Assembly: GCA_964623635.1 (NCBI GenBank)
Contig: CAZUUA010000003.1
Span: 69,166 to 133,165, forward strand
Direction: 5' to 3'
Origin: an uncultured Ruminococcus sp.
GTDB taxonomy: Bacteria; Bacillota; Clostridia; Oscillospirales; CAG-272
DNA length: 64,000 bases
Position 1 is the first letter of the stretch, and every line of letters starts with the position of its first letter. Under the pieces are notes generated by a model that saw only the letters and a list, made by a program, of their open reading frames with translations, did no database searches and was not told the DNA's origin. This document shows positions 40,316 through 48,717 of the stretch, piece after piece. The position numbers and the translations under genes are program-made.

Positions 40316-41653
40316 TTACACTTCGTCTTCGTTTGGTTCCGGCAAAGGATCGGTCACATAAGGCCGGATCTTGCCCAGCAGCTTTTCGTCTGCGGTGACA
40401 ATGCCGTATATGCCGTCTTCCCGATAGTCCAGCTCCACGTCCTCACCCATCTGGTAGAGGAGTCCGGTGAGTGCGCCCTTGTCCGGCGGCAGGAACAGAT
40501 GGACTCTCCGTTTTCCAGCACCGGCCATACGCTCCAGCTTTTCGATCATCTGGTTCAGTCCGGCGCCGGTCTTTGCGGAGATGAACACCATATCGTGGTT
40601 GTCCCCACGGGCACTTTGCTTCAGCTGCAGCATGGGCTCCGGTGCCAGACCTGCGTCACACTTATTGAAGGCGAACAGGATGGGCTTGTCTCCGGCTTCC
40701 AGCTCTGTCAGCAGATCCACCGTCACCTGTACCTGGGCGATGCATTCCGGGTCAGAGGCGTCCACTACCACCAGCAAAATATCGGCGTATTTGACTTCCT
40801 CCAAGGTAGAGCGGAAAGCTTTGATCAGGTGGTGGGGTAGGTTGCGGATGAAGCCTACGGTATCGGTCAGCAGGATCTTGGCGCCACCGGGCAGCTCGTA
40901 CTGCTTGGTGGTGGTATCCAGTGTGGCAAACAGCTTGTCCTCGGCTAAGATACCGGCACCGGTCAAGGCGTTGAGCAGCGTGGATTTGCCGGCGTTGGTG
41001 TAGCCTACGATGGCACACTGGGTCACACCGGAACGCAGCCGCTGGTTACGCATGGTCTGGCGGTTCTTCTCTACCCGATCCAGTTCGGTCTCCAAGGCTG
41101 TGATCTTTTCCCGGATCCGGCGGCGGTCGATCTCCAATTTGGTCTCACCGGGGCCACGGGAGCCGATACCGGTGTTTTTGGCAGCGCCACCCAAACGGGA
41201 CAGCTCCTTGCCCTTGCCCACCAGTCGAGGTGCTGTATACCGCAGCTGGGCCAGCTCCACCTGCAGGCGACCTTCGGCGGTGCGTGCATGGTCGGCGAAA
41301 ATGTCCAGGATCAGCATACTTCTGTCGATGACCTGGATCTCCCCGCCAATGGCATCCTCGACTTCGCGAATTTGGGACGGGGACAGCTCACAGTCAAAGA
41401 CCACCAGATCGGCCGACAGGTTCTCACACAGGTTCTTCAGCTCGGCGACCTTACCGGAACCCAGCATGGTCTTTGTGTCCGGTGTGTCCCGCATCTGGGT
41501 CAGGTACGCCACGCAGTCGCCACCGGCTGTGTCCAGCAGTCGTTCCAGCTCTCCAAGGCTGACCAGACATTCGTTCTCTTCACCCTGTTTATGAATGGCA
41601 CAGAGTATGCCCTTTTTTCGGATCTCTTCCGGATGCATTTGTTTTTCTTCCAT
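40316..41653 (-). CDS. hflX: GTPase HflX
   Basis: The HflX N-domain motif GSRGPGETKLEIDRR and the G-domain motifs GYTNAGKST and DTVGFI are present. AGGAGG lies upstream of the ATG. Confidence 0.9.
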   Translation of the reverse strand: MEEKQMHPEEIRKKGILCAIHKQGEENECLVSLGELERLLDTAGGDCVAYLTQMRDTPDTKTMLGSGKVAELKNLCENLSADLVVFDCELSPSQIREVEDAIGGEIQVIDRSMLILDIFADHARTAEGRLQVELAQLRYTAPRLVGKGKELSRLGGAAKNTGIGSRGPGETKLEIDRRRIREKITALETELDRVEKNRQTMRNQRLRSGVTQCAIVGYTNAGKSTLLNALTGAGILAEDKLFATLDTTTKQYELPGGAKILLTDTVGFIRNLPHHLIKAFRSTLEEVKYADILLVVVDASDPECIAQVQVTVDLLTELEAGDKPILFAFNKCDAGLAPEPMLQLKQSARGDNHDMVFISAKTGAGLNQMIEKLERMAGAGKRRVHLFLPPDKGALTGLLYQMGEDVELDYREDGIYGIVTADEKLLGKIRPYVTDPLPEPNEDEV

Positions 41654-41730
41654 ACGATACCTCCTGTACAGGTACTACCATCATACATTTATCCATTGTT
41701 TGCCTGCCAGGTGTTTTTGCCGTGGTGCAA

Positions 41731-41778
41731 AGAAAAAGCCGGACAGGTCTCAAAGTAAACACTTCGCTTTCCTGTCCG
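41731..41778 (-). terminator. terminator after rpmE
   Basis: Minus strand: CGGACAGG-loop-CCTGTCCG followed by GCTTTTTCTTTG. Confidence 0.65.
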
Positions 41779-41818
41779 ACGCATTTCTCGGATACAGACA
41801 TACCTGCCCGTTGCCACA

Positions 41819-42034
41819 TTACTTGCGGGATTCAAGACGCTTCTTGAACTTGTCCACACGTCCACCGGCATCAACAAACTTCTGCTTCCCGGTGAAGAAA
41901 GGATGGCACTTGGAGCAAATGTCCACGCGCAGTTCACCGTTAGCATCACCCTTGGTAGAGCGAGTAGTAACAGATTCACCACAGGCGCAGCGGATAGTTA
42001 CTTCCTTATATTCGGGATGGATTCCTGTTTTCAT
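41819..42034 (-). CDS. rpmE: 50S ribosomal protein L31 (Cys-containing type A)
   Basis: MKTGIHPEY...[13 protein letters not shown]. Confidence 0.92.
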   Translation of the reverse strand: MKTGIHPEYKEVTIRCACGESVTTRSTKGDANGELRVDICSKCHPFFTGKQKFVDAGGRVDKFKKRLESRK

Positions 42035-42073
42035 TGTTTTTCACCTCATTCCACAGATACTCACGTATACGAG

Positions 42074-42102
42074 ATTATACCACACCGCACGCCAAATTGC
42101 AA
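42074..42102 (-). promoter_or_regulatory. sigma-70 promoter (extended -10) for rpmE
   Basis: Minus strand: TTGCAA, 17-nt spacer, TGgTATAAT. Confidence 0.65.
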
Positions 42103-42173
42103 TAGGTTTTGCAAAAGTTTTTTGATTTTTTCTCACTTTTTTGTCTTTGTCGGGTTTTCGCTGCTTTTCCCTT

Positions 42174-42911
42174 TCAAATTTTGGTGAGAATGCGAGACTT
42201 CAGACGGGCAATGATCTTCTTTTCCAGCCGGGAAATATAGGATTGGGAAATACCCATCACGTCTGCCACTTCCTTTTGGGTCATTTCTTTTCGGCCGCCA
42301 AGACCATACCGCATCTCAATGATCTCCCGCTCCCGTGGGTCCAGCGATGCCACTGCCTCCCGGATGGTCTTTTCGTCCTCTGCTTTTTCCAGGTCCCGGC
42401 TGACCTCGTTTTCTTCCGATCCCAACACATCGGAAAGAAGCAGCTCGTTGCCGTCCCAGTCCATATGCAGCGGTTCGTCGATGGACACGTCTCCCTTGTG
42501 GGAAGCATTTTTACGGATATACATAAGGATCTCGTTTTCGATGCACCGGGAAGCGTAGGTGGCCAGCTTGATGTTTTTGTCTACCTTATAGGTGTGGATG
42601 GCTTTGATCAGGCCGATGGTGCCGATGGAGATCAGATCCTCGATGCCAATGCCGGTGGACTCAAATTTTTTGGCGATGTACACCACCAGCCGCAGGTTGT
42701 GTTGGATCAAAATGTCCGGCGCCTGGGGATCGCTCTCCAGCCGGGACAACACAGCCGCTTCTTCCTCTCTGGTCAGCGGAGACGGCAGCACATCGGTACC
42801 GCCTATGTAGTATTCGTTCCCTTCCTTACCGTTCCAGAACGCCAGCATCATTCTGCCAACGGTCGCCCGAAAGCTGCTGACCGCCTGCACGGTCGTGGAA
42901 TCTATCATCAT
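42174..42911 (-). CDS. sigE: sporulation sigma factor SigE (pro-sigma-E)
   Basis: This sigma-70 family protein has [30 protein letters not shown] and [14 protein letters not shown], and lies directly downstream of spoIIGA. The ATG at 42911 has a GAGG RBS. The longer ORF-track start overlaps spoIIGA and is rejected. Confidence 0.85.
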   Translation of the reverse strand: MMIDSTTVQAVSSFRATVGRMMLAFWNGKEGNEYYIGGTDVLPSPLTREEEAAVLSRLESDPQAPDILIQHNLRLVVYIAKKFESTGIGIEDLISIGTIGLIKAIHTYKVDKNIKLATYASRCIENEILMYIRKNASHKGDVSIDEPLHMDWDGNELLLSDVLGSEENEVSRDLEKAEDEKTIREAVASLDPREREIIEMRYGLGGRKEMTQKEVADVMGISQSYISRLEKKIIARLKSRILTKI

Positions 42912-42955
42912 ATGTTTTGCCTCGCTTTCTTTTTTATGGGATATTTGTAATGGAG

Positions 42956-43741
42956 TCAGATAAGAGACAGCGGACAGGTACCGCTGCAACCGCCGTAATG
43001 GTCGATGGGCACCGGCTCTGTGGCGACCAGGGCATCCCGTGCGACACCGCCTATGTACAGTGTATCCGGTCGAAAGCCCCACAGCAGCCGGGTACCATGC
43101 ACGCTATTGGCCGGGATCGGGATCCGACCTATGGCATTTTCGGCTTCCGGCAGGTGCAGCTCTGCCAACGCTTGCTGTGACACCAGCACCACGGCACGAC
43201 CGGTCAGGGGATCGATCAGCAGATTGCCGGAGTCCACCAGCACGGTACACCGCACGGTCTTGTCATGGCAGGTGATCTGCACCTCAGCCGTCTTGACCTG
43301 GAGCCGCTTTTGCAAGATCCGAAGCAGACTGTAGACCATGCCGATGGTGGCTATGAATACCGGCAGAAAGGCTGGTGTATTCTCCGATGGGGATGAGAGA
43401 TACACCGGTGTGCCCAGGGACAACAGCAGACTCATGCAGCCGCCGGTGATGGCGCCACTGCCCCACACCAACAGATACTGCCGCAGAAAGGCACCTGCCG
43501 TTTTGCCAAAGCCAAAGGTAATGGCGGTCATGATGGCAGAGAGCAGCAGACCGGTGAAAAAGGTCGTGCCACGATCGGCCTGCAGGCATAAGAGCAAAAC
43601 GCTGCCCAGTGCCCCTACTGCCGCTGCTATGAGCAACCGCAGAGAATGGACACGTCGATGGGTAAGTCGGGCACAAAACTGCAAGGTCAGGTAATCCATG
43701 GACAAATCCACCAAGAACAGAACATCGGCATAGAGAATCAT
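42956..43741 (-). CDS. spoIIGA: sigma-E processing peptidase SpoIIGA
   Basis: The protein has a membrane N-domain [18 protein letters not shown]... and the aspartic-protease motif [21 protein letters not shown] precedes the ATG at 43741. Confidence 0.8.
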   Translation of the reverse strand: MILYADVLFLVDLSMDYLTLQFCARLTHRRVHSLRLLIAAAVGALGSVLLLCLQADRGTTFFTGLLLSAIMTAITFGFGKTAGAFLRQYLLVWGSGAITGGCMSLLLSLGTPVYLSSPSENTPAFLPVFIATIGMVYSLLRILQKRLQVKTAEVQITCHDKTVRCTVLVDSGNLLIDPLTGRAVVLVSQQALAELHLPEAENAIGRIPIPANSVHGTRLLWGFRPDTLYIGGVARDALVATEPVPIDHYGGCSGTCPLSLI

Positions 43742-43769
43742 AGCTGTCCCTCCTGCTTCGTCTATGTAC

Positions 43770-43802
43770 AGTATACACGTTTTCATCTGTATTTTCTGTC
43801 AC
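43770..43802 (-). promoter_or_regulatory. candidate spoIIGA promoter with over-long spacer
   Basis: Minus strand: GTGACA, 21-nt spacer, TATACT. The -10 ends 28 nt before the ATG. Confidence 0.35.
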
Positions 43803-43868
43803 ATGGTGTTATGCCAAAAGATTTCCCTATTGTAGCTGTATTTCCACTGTCCCTTTCTCCTATGCTGT

Positions 43869-43924
43869 AAAACAAAAGGACCGCATACCCGACACAGAAA
43901 AAACTGTGTTATGGTATGCGATCC
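43869..43924 (-). terminator. terminator after the two-gene hypothetical operon
   Basis: Minus strand: GGATCGCATACC-loop (containing the inner hairpin ACACAG/CTGTGT)-GGTATGCGGTCC followed by TTTTGTTTT. Confidence 0.65.
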
Positions 43925-43961
43925 ACTATGGATTTATGATCCACGAAAATATGTATGCTGC

Positions 43962-44579
43962 TTACAGCTCTACGTCGCTCTGCCGTCCCTTTTGCAGCGT
44001 CAGCAGTCCTTCCAGCATATCGGCGGCAGCACCCATGTGGAAGGGGCCACGGATATGCAGAGAGGGAATGGACATATACAGCTGGTCCTGTGCGTTGAAG
44101 CGTGGGTCATAGGCAGCCAGATAATGCGGCAGCAGAACGTCGATGGCACGGTTGTATGTCTTGGAGCCGTTGTGGAGCCGTGTATAACGCACGTTGGCAA
44201 ACAGCCGCTTGGCTCGCTGGAAATGGTCCCGGTTGATAGCAAAGCCACGGTTGTACAGCTCCTCCATGGGGATTGAACGCAGTTCTCCGGCGGCCTTTTG
44301 GGGATCCTGCAGGGTCAGCAGATAGGTGTCGCAGTTGTACAGGATACAACCCAGATACCCGTTTGCCTTATCCAACCGCACCGATGTGGATTCGTTTCTG
44401 GATGCGTAGCCGATCACCACAGCCAAAGCGTCCATCAGTCCCTTTTGCACCGCCAGCACATCCTCCTCTGTGAAGACACCGATGCGTACCGCCTCTGTCA
44501 TCAAGGTATTGGTGTAATCTTCCCGGCGCAGGTTTTCCGGTAGAAAAGTATTTTGGGATACAAGCTGTCTGTCAGTCAT
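43962..44579 (-). CDS. hypothetical protein (205 aa), second gene of a two-gene operon
   Basis: The ORF is clean and has a good terminator downstream. It overlaps the upstream gene by 8 nt. I recognise no catalytic motif. It may belong to a Clostridia-specific DUF family, but I cannot verify that. Confidence 0.5.
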   Translation of the reverse strand: MTDRQLVSQNTFLPENLRREDYTNTLMTEAVRIGVFTEEDVLAVQKGLMDALAVVIGYASRNESTSVRLDKANGYLGCILYNCDTYLLTLQDPQKAAGELRSIPMEELYNRGFAINRDHFQRAKRLFANVRYTRLHNGSKTYNRAIDVLLPHYLAAYDPRFNAQDQLYMSIPSLHIRGPFHMGAAADMLEGLLTLQKGRQSDVEL

Positions 44580-45201
44580 TGTCGTCCTCCTCCGTTTCGT
44601 CCATTTCGTCGGCCCAGCTTTCTTCCAGCTCCCGGACCAGGTTGCGGTCTTCGTCGGTCAGATAGGGCATGACGGAGCCATCCTCGTCCCGGCGTGCGTT
44701 GACGTCTGTATCCCGTGTGGTATCTACCCGGTCTGCGGCGCCGTACCACTTTTCGTAGTTCTCTCCGGCGTTGATCTTCCGGATCAGGATCTCCCCTTCC
44801 CGGCTCATGAGCAGATCGATCGAACCACGGCACCGCTGCTCGAACCGCAGATAGAGCTCGTCCAGCAGCTCGTTGTCGCTGATCTTGTCGTCAGTCTCGG
44901 TCTTTATGTAATAGAACAGATCCGTGACCTCGGCGATGACATAGGCATAGTTCTCCTGGTTGATAAAGGCAGACTGGGAGAAACGGCGGATGACACCCTC
45001 CATGGCACCCAGTCCGATCTCCAGCCGTTCGTTGTCCTGCAGTGATCGTGTACGTACCTCAGACAGCTCTCTGGCATCCGCCGGGGACAGCACCAGACCA
45101 TGTTCCTTTGATATTTCATTGAGTGCCAATATTTTATCGTCCATCGGCTGTGCGGCTAAATGCTGCAGGGCAAAATCCCCCAGCGTGATCAGTGCATTCA
45201 T
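44572..45201 (-). CDS. hypothetical protein (209 aa) with strongly acidic C-terminal tail
   Basis: The ATG at 45201 is preceded by GGAGG. The ORF-track start at 45243 lacks an RBS. The tail reads ELEESWADEMDETEEDDND. A strong promoter lies upstream. Confidence 0.5.
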   Translation of the reverse strand: MNALITLGDFALQHLAAQPMDDKILALNEISKEHGLVLSPADARELSEVRTRSLQDNERLEIGLGAMEGVIRRFSQSAFINQENYAYVIAEVTDLFYYIKTETDDKISDNELLDELYLRFEQRCRGSIDLLMSREGEILIRKINAGENYEKWYGAADRVDTTRDTDVNARRDEDGSVMPYLTDEDRNLVRELEESWADEMDETEEDDND

Positions 45202-45260
45202 ACGTCCTCCGTTCTGTGTGGCAACCGCTTTTGCATTTTTCAAAATTTACAAAAAACCTC

Positions 45261-45289
45261 TTGACAAATTCAATGTTATGTGATATACT
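45261..45289 (+). promoter_or_regulatory. near-consensus extended -10 promoter on the plus strand with no downstream ORF (P1)
   Basis: TTGACA (45261-66), 17-nt spacer, TGaTATACT (45281-89). Confidence 0.55.
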
Positions 45290-45295
45290 ATTTAT

Positions 45296-45379
45296 GATAG
45301 TTGGTAGGTATATCTGCATACCATCTGTACCCATTAGTATATCACATTTGGCTTGCTTTGTCAAGTCTTTTTCTTTTTT
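45296..45379 (+). ncRNA. candidate ~85-nt cis-antisense small RNA driven by P1
   Basis: The predicted TSS is ~7 nt after the P1 -10. A GGCTTG-CTTTGT-CAAGTC hairpin (45350-67) is followed by TTTTTCTTTTTT. This is purely predicted. Confidence 0.25.
45336..45364 (-). promoter_or_regulatory. near-consensus extended -10 promoter for the hypothetical two-gene operon (P2)
   Basis: Minus strand: TTGACA (45359-64), 17-nt spacer, TGaTATACT (45336-44). An A-rich UP-like tract lies upstream (45368-79). Confidence 0.6.
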
Positions 45380-45532
45380 CGTGTCTCGTGCTTGACTGTA
45401 TAGCGGTGGTCGCAGCGAAGGATCCTTTGCCGACCGGAAAATGATTTTTCTTTTTCGATTTCGGGAACCTTTCCGATCACGCTGCCGTCTAAGGTACATA
45501 GATATGTACACATACCTATGTACGCAAATGGG

Positions 45533-46267
45533 TTATTCCTTTACAGCCTCCAAGGATTTGATGCACACGCCTTTTTCACTGAAGTTCCGCTCGTATTCGG
45601 TCATGATGTTGGACCCAGCCCGTTCGGAATGGTGCAGGTCTCTGGTGCAGAAGGTCATGTGCAGGGGGCTTTCGCCTATGGTTTCCAGAGAATAGTCAAA
45701 AAGAATGTCGTTATCCGTTTTGAACCGGAAGGCACCTCCTGTCCGCAGTACACGGCAGTATTCCTTCAAAAAGATGGGACTGGTAAGTCGGCGGTCTGCG
45801 TAGCCCTTCTTGGGCCATGGATCGCTGAAGTTGGCGTAGATCACGTCCACAGATCCGTCCGGCAGATGGGACAGCACTTCCGCAGCGTCACCGATCACAA
45901 AACGCACGTTGCCCCGGTCGCACATGGGGATGTCCCAGCACTGGCCGTCCTTGTAGATGGTGCCGTCGGGAGCCTGCCAGCCGCCGTGGGTCGCCAACTT
46001 GCCCAAACCTCGGTCGCCGGCGTATTTCTCAGCGGCACACACCATCACATCGCTGATCTTTTCTACAGCAAGATAGTTGTGATCCGGTTGTGCCTGGGAG
46101 ATACCGGTGATGAAGCCGCCTTTGCCGCAGCCGATCTCGATGGCCAACGGTTGGTCTTTTTCGTAGTATGCGGCCAGGTCCGACCACTTTTCTTCCGTTT
46201 CGTGCAGAAAAAGTGCGCCAAGGGCTTCCAGTCTTTCATTTCCGTGTCGTTTTTTTCGCATTCTCAT
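45533..46267 (-). CDS. trmB: tRNA (guanine-N7)-methyltransferase
   Basis: The SAM motif LAIEIGCGKGGF and FSDPWPKKGYADRRL are present. The ATG at 46267 has a GGAG RBS. There is an apparent ~30-aa insert (GDRGLGKLATHGGWQAPDGTIYKDGQCWDIPMCDRG). Confidence 0.8.
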   Translation of the reverse strand: MRMRKKRHGNERLEALGALFLHETEEKWSDLAAYYEKDQPLAIEIGCGKGGFITGISQAQPDHNYLAVEKISDVMVCAAEKYAGDRGLGKLATHGGWQAPDGTIYKDGQCWDIPMCDRGNVRFVIGDAAEVLSHLPDGSVDVIYANFSDPWPKKGYADRRLTSPIFLKEYCRVLRTGGAFRFKTDNDILFDYSLETIGESPLHMTFCTRDLHHSERAGSNIMTEYERNFSEKGVCIKSLEAVKE

Positions 46268-46359
46268 ATTGATTATTTCTCCGTTTTTTGATAAAATATA
46301 GCTATACGCATTTTCCATCCATTTTGGGGATCGTACGCAGCATATGTGCCTACCCCTAT

Positions 46360-46388
46360 AGTATACCATGAAATATGGGAAATGTCTA
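46360..46388 (-). promoter_or_regulatory. candidate promoter (extended -10) for trmB
   Basis: Minus strand: TAGACA, 17-nt spacer, TGgTATACT. Confidence 0.5.
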
Positions 46389-46422
46389 TTCCAAAATGTA
46401 AAAAAGGAGTGAAAAGCCTGTC

Positions 46423-47328
46423 ATGGAACTGGACCATTTTCTGGAGGGTCTGAAAAATGCCCTGGTGGATCGTGGCATTCCACCGGAGGCAGCCGCCAAA
46501 CACGTTACTGCGCTGGGTCGGACCTTCACCGCGGACGACCTGACGGAGATCCAAGGCATTCGGTCACCTGCTGAGATCGGAGAGATCGCTGACAGCATTG
46601 CCGAGATCCTATATAAAAACAAAGCAGCCCGTACCGCTGCCAAAAACGGACAAAAGCCACCGGCGGAACCGTCATCGGCACCTATGGCCACAGCTGTGAT
46701 GCCGTCCGTGGAGCCGCCAACACCAGATCCGATACATCCGGCAGAAAGAGCGATGGATGCCCTCTCCGCTGCACCTGTGGCATCGACCGGAGAGGATGCT
46801 GCGCCACGGTATGAACAACCCTCTCGACAGGAGCCGTCGTACAGCCACAGCGTGTCGCAGCCACAACAGCATTCCGCCGATTTCTTCCGCACACCCACGG
46901 AACGGGACAAGACCACCAAGGGTGTTGCCATCTTCTGGTCTGTGCTGGTCGTGACCCTGCCTGTCACCCTGACGCTGTTGGTCGCCATTTTGGCGCTGTT
47001 CGGTGCGACATTCCTGGGGATCATCCTTGCCATCATTGGTCTGGTCGCCGGTATGATCGCTGTGGTAGCGGTCGGCTGCGGTCTGGCACTGGTGGGGATC
47101 ATCTATGGGATCACGCAGCTCTTCTCCTTTGTGGCCGCTGGGCTGTACGAGATCGGGCTGGGCGTCATGATTGTTGGCGGTGCATTGCTCTCCGGTGTGA
47201 TCCTGTACAATTTGGCCATCCGGTTCTTACCCTGGGTCATGAAGTGGCTGACGGTATTTTTCGTCTTCGTCTTCCACCGGCTCCGGAATCTGTTCTATCT
47301 GGCAAGAAGGGAGTGTTATAAGCTGTGA
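46423..47328 (+). CDS. DUF1700-like membrane protein
   Basis: The N-terminal helical domain is MELDHFLEGLKNAL..GIPPEAAAKHV. A Pro/Ala/Ser-rich linker follows. The C-terminus has 3-4 TM helices. Confidence 0.55.
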   Translation: MELDHFLEGLKNALVDRGIPPEAAAKHVTALGRTFTADDLTEIQGIRSPAEIGEIADSIAEILYKNKAARTAAKNGQKPPAEPSSAPMATAVMPSVEPPTPDPIHPAERAMDALSAAPVASTGEDAAPRYEQPSRQEPSYSHSVSQPQQHSADFFRTPTERDKTTKGVAIFWSVLVVTLPVTLTLLVAILALFGATFLGIILAIIGLVAGMIAVVAVGCGLALVGIIYGITQLFSFVAAGLYEIGLGVMIVGGALLSGVILYNLAIRFLPWVMKWLTVFFVFVFHRLRNLFYLARRECYKL

Positions 47329-48248
47329 GACCTGCCTCTATTATTTCTATGATCGTTGCGGTGCTGCTGATCGTGGCGGGGTTTGTGACCTGCCTGATTG
47401 CCAAAAATATGGCTGAGGCCGAGGGTCAGGCTCTGTTTGCGGAGACGAGAGATTATGGTCTGGTCAACACCATCGATCTGGCAGAGACCACCATCTCCAA
47501 ATTGGATATCCGTGTCAGCGATGCGGATGTCCACATTTACGGCGGCAGCGAGACCTCCTATATCGAAACGGTCAATTTCCGCGACAATTATTATTCCTGC
47601 AACACCTCCAACCGGGTCGTGACCTTTGACGAGGTGGCGGATGTGACCTCCATGCTGAAGTTCTGGGAAAATGGGATCTCCTTCAAGGGACTGCGGTATC
47701 TGCTGTCCTTTCAGAAGGAAGATGAGCCGGTGGGTGACAAGGTGCTCAACATCTATTTGGGTGGAGAGAATGTGGACCTGAAGATCGTGACCCTGACCGG
47801 CGAGAAATGCAATGTGTATCTGGAAAACATTTCCTATGGAACGGAATACACCGTCACGCTGACCGATGGGACCCTATACAGCACCGACGCTTCTGCCACC
47901 ACAGTCAATCTGGGCGGAGACAAGGTGGGACTGCAGATGCAAAACAGTACCTTTGGTACCTGCACCATCGACTGCACGGCGCTGACCATGGACATCGACA
48001 AAGGCATGATGCCGATGACGACGATCCAGTGCAACACGGTGGAGGCCAATATCACACCAAAGCAAACCGTTGGTTCCCTGAACTACAGTGTCAAGCTGGA
48101 CAGCGGCTCTGTGACGGTCAATGGCAACGACCTGGGGACCGGGTTCACGCAGAATGCCTCCAGCAACAACAAGTTTACTCTGGAAGCCGTGAGTGGGCAC
48201 GTGACCCTGACAGACCCGGTCACCGACTGGCCACCCACAGCCAATTGA
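47325..48248 (+). CDS. membrane-anchored beta-strand-repeat protein (DUF4097-like)
   Basis: The GTG start overlaps the upstream stop (GTGA). The N-terminal TM segment is IISMIVAVLLIVAGFVTCLI. The rest consists of repeated short beta-strand units (LDIRVSDADVHIYGG, VDLKIVTLTGEKCNVYL, SGSVTVNG). Confidence 0.45.
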   Translation: MRPASIISMIVAVLLIVAGFVTCLIAKNMAEAEGQALFAETRDYGLVNTIDLAETTISKLDIRVSDADVHIYGGSETSYIETVNFRDNYYSCNTSNRVVTFDEVADVTSMLKFWENGISFKGLRYLLSFQKEDEPVGDKVLNIYLGGENVDLKIVTLTGEKCNVYLENISYGTEYTVTLTDGTLYSTDASATTVNLGGDKVGLQMQNSTFGTCTIDCTALTMDIDKGMMPMTTIQCNTVEANITPKQTVGSLNYSVKLDSGSVTVNGNDLGTGFTQNASSNNKFTLEAVSGHVTLTDPVTDWPPTAN

Positions 48249-48325
48249 TTTTTCTGTGGCAATGCGAATCCATGCAAGATCACCGGAATCAGCGTTGCCC
48301 TGACATACGAAAGGACGTACAAAAA

Positions 48326-48580
48326 ATGAAATACTACACGTACAAAACAAAAGGCACCTGTTCTTCGCAGATCGATTTTGCCCTGGAAGATGGGATCGTT
48401 AAGAACGTCAAGTACACCGGTGGATGTAACGGAAACCTGAAGGCCATCAGTAAGCTGGTGGAGGGTATGGAAGCTTCCCGTGTGATCGAGCTGCTGCGAG
48501 GCAACACCTGTGGGTTCAAGCCGACCTCCTGCGGTGACCAGCTGGCTGTGGCTCTGGAAGAAGCGCTGGCACAGGCATAA
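48326..48580 (+). CDS. small TSCPD-domain protein (84 aa, TIGR03905-like)
   Basis: The protein MKYYTYKTKGTCSSQIDFALEDGIVKNVKYTGGCNGNLKAISKLVEG...TCGFKPTSCGDQL has four conserved Cys. The start lies inside a longer spurious ORF-track frame (47807). Confidence 0.6.
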   Translation: MKYYTYKTKGTCSSQIDFALEDGIVKNVKYTGGCNGNLKAISKLVEGMEASRVIELLRGNTCGFKPTSCGDQLAVALEEALAQA

Positions 48581-48605
48581 CGCTGATTGTAAACGGAATT
48601 GAATA

Positions 48606-48658
48606 AGAAAAAGTCTGTTGTCCTTCCCTGTTCTGTGGGAAAGGCAGCAGACTTTTTT
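48606..48658. terminator. bidirectional terminator between the TSCPD gene and the beta-helix gene
   Basis: AAAAAGTCTGTTGTCCT-loop-AGGCAGCAGACTTTTTT, a 12-bp stem including two G-U pairs. Confidence 0.75.
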
Positions 48659-48717
48659 GTTTCCATCAAGGCATCCCCGCACAATTCTGATGGTACAGAT
48701 GCAAGTTCAGTGGTGCC

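Noticed and set aside
45294-45395. A 33-aa peptide (MIVGRYICIPSVPISISHLACFVKSFSFFVSRA) downstream of promoter P1, considered as a possible type I toxin.
   Set aside because: The ATG lies only ~5 nt after the -10, so it would have to be leaderless and mis-spaced. There is no RBS. The peptide has Pro-interrupted hydrophobicity rather than a clean TM helix. A non-coding antisense RNA is the simpler reading.
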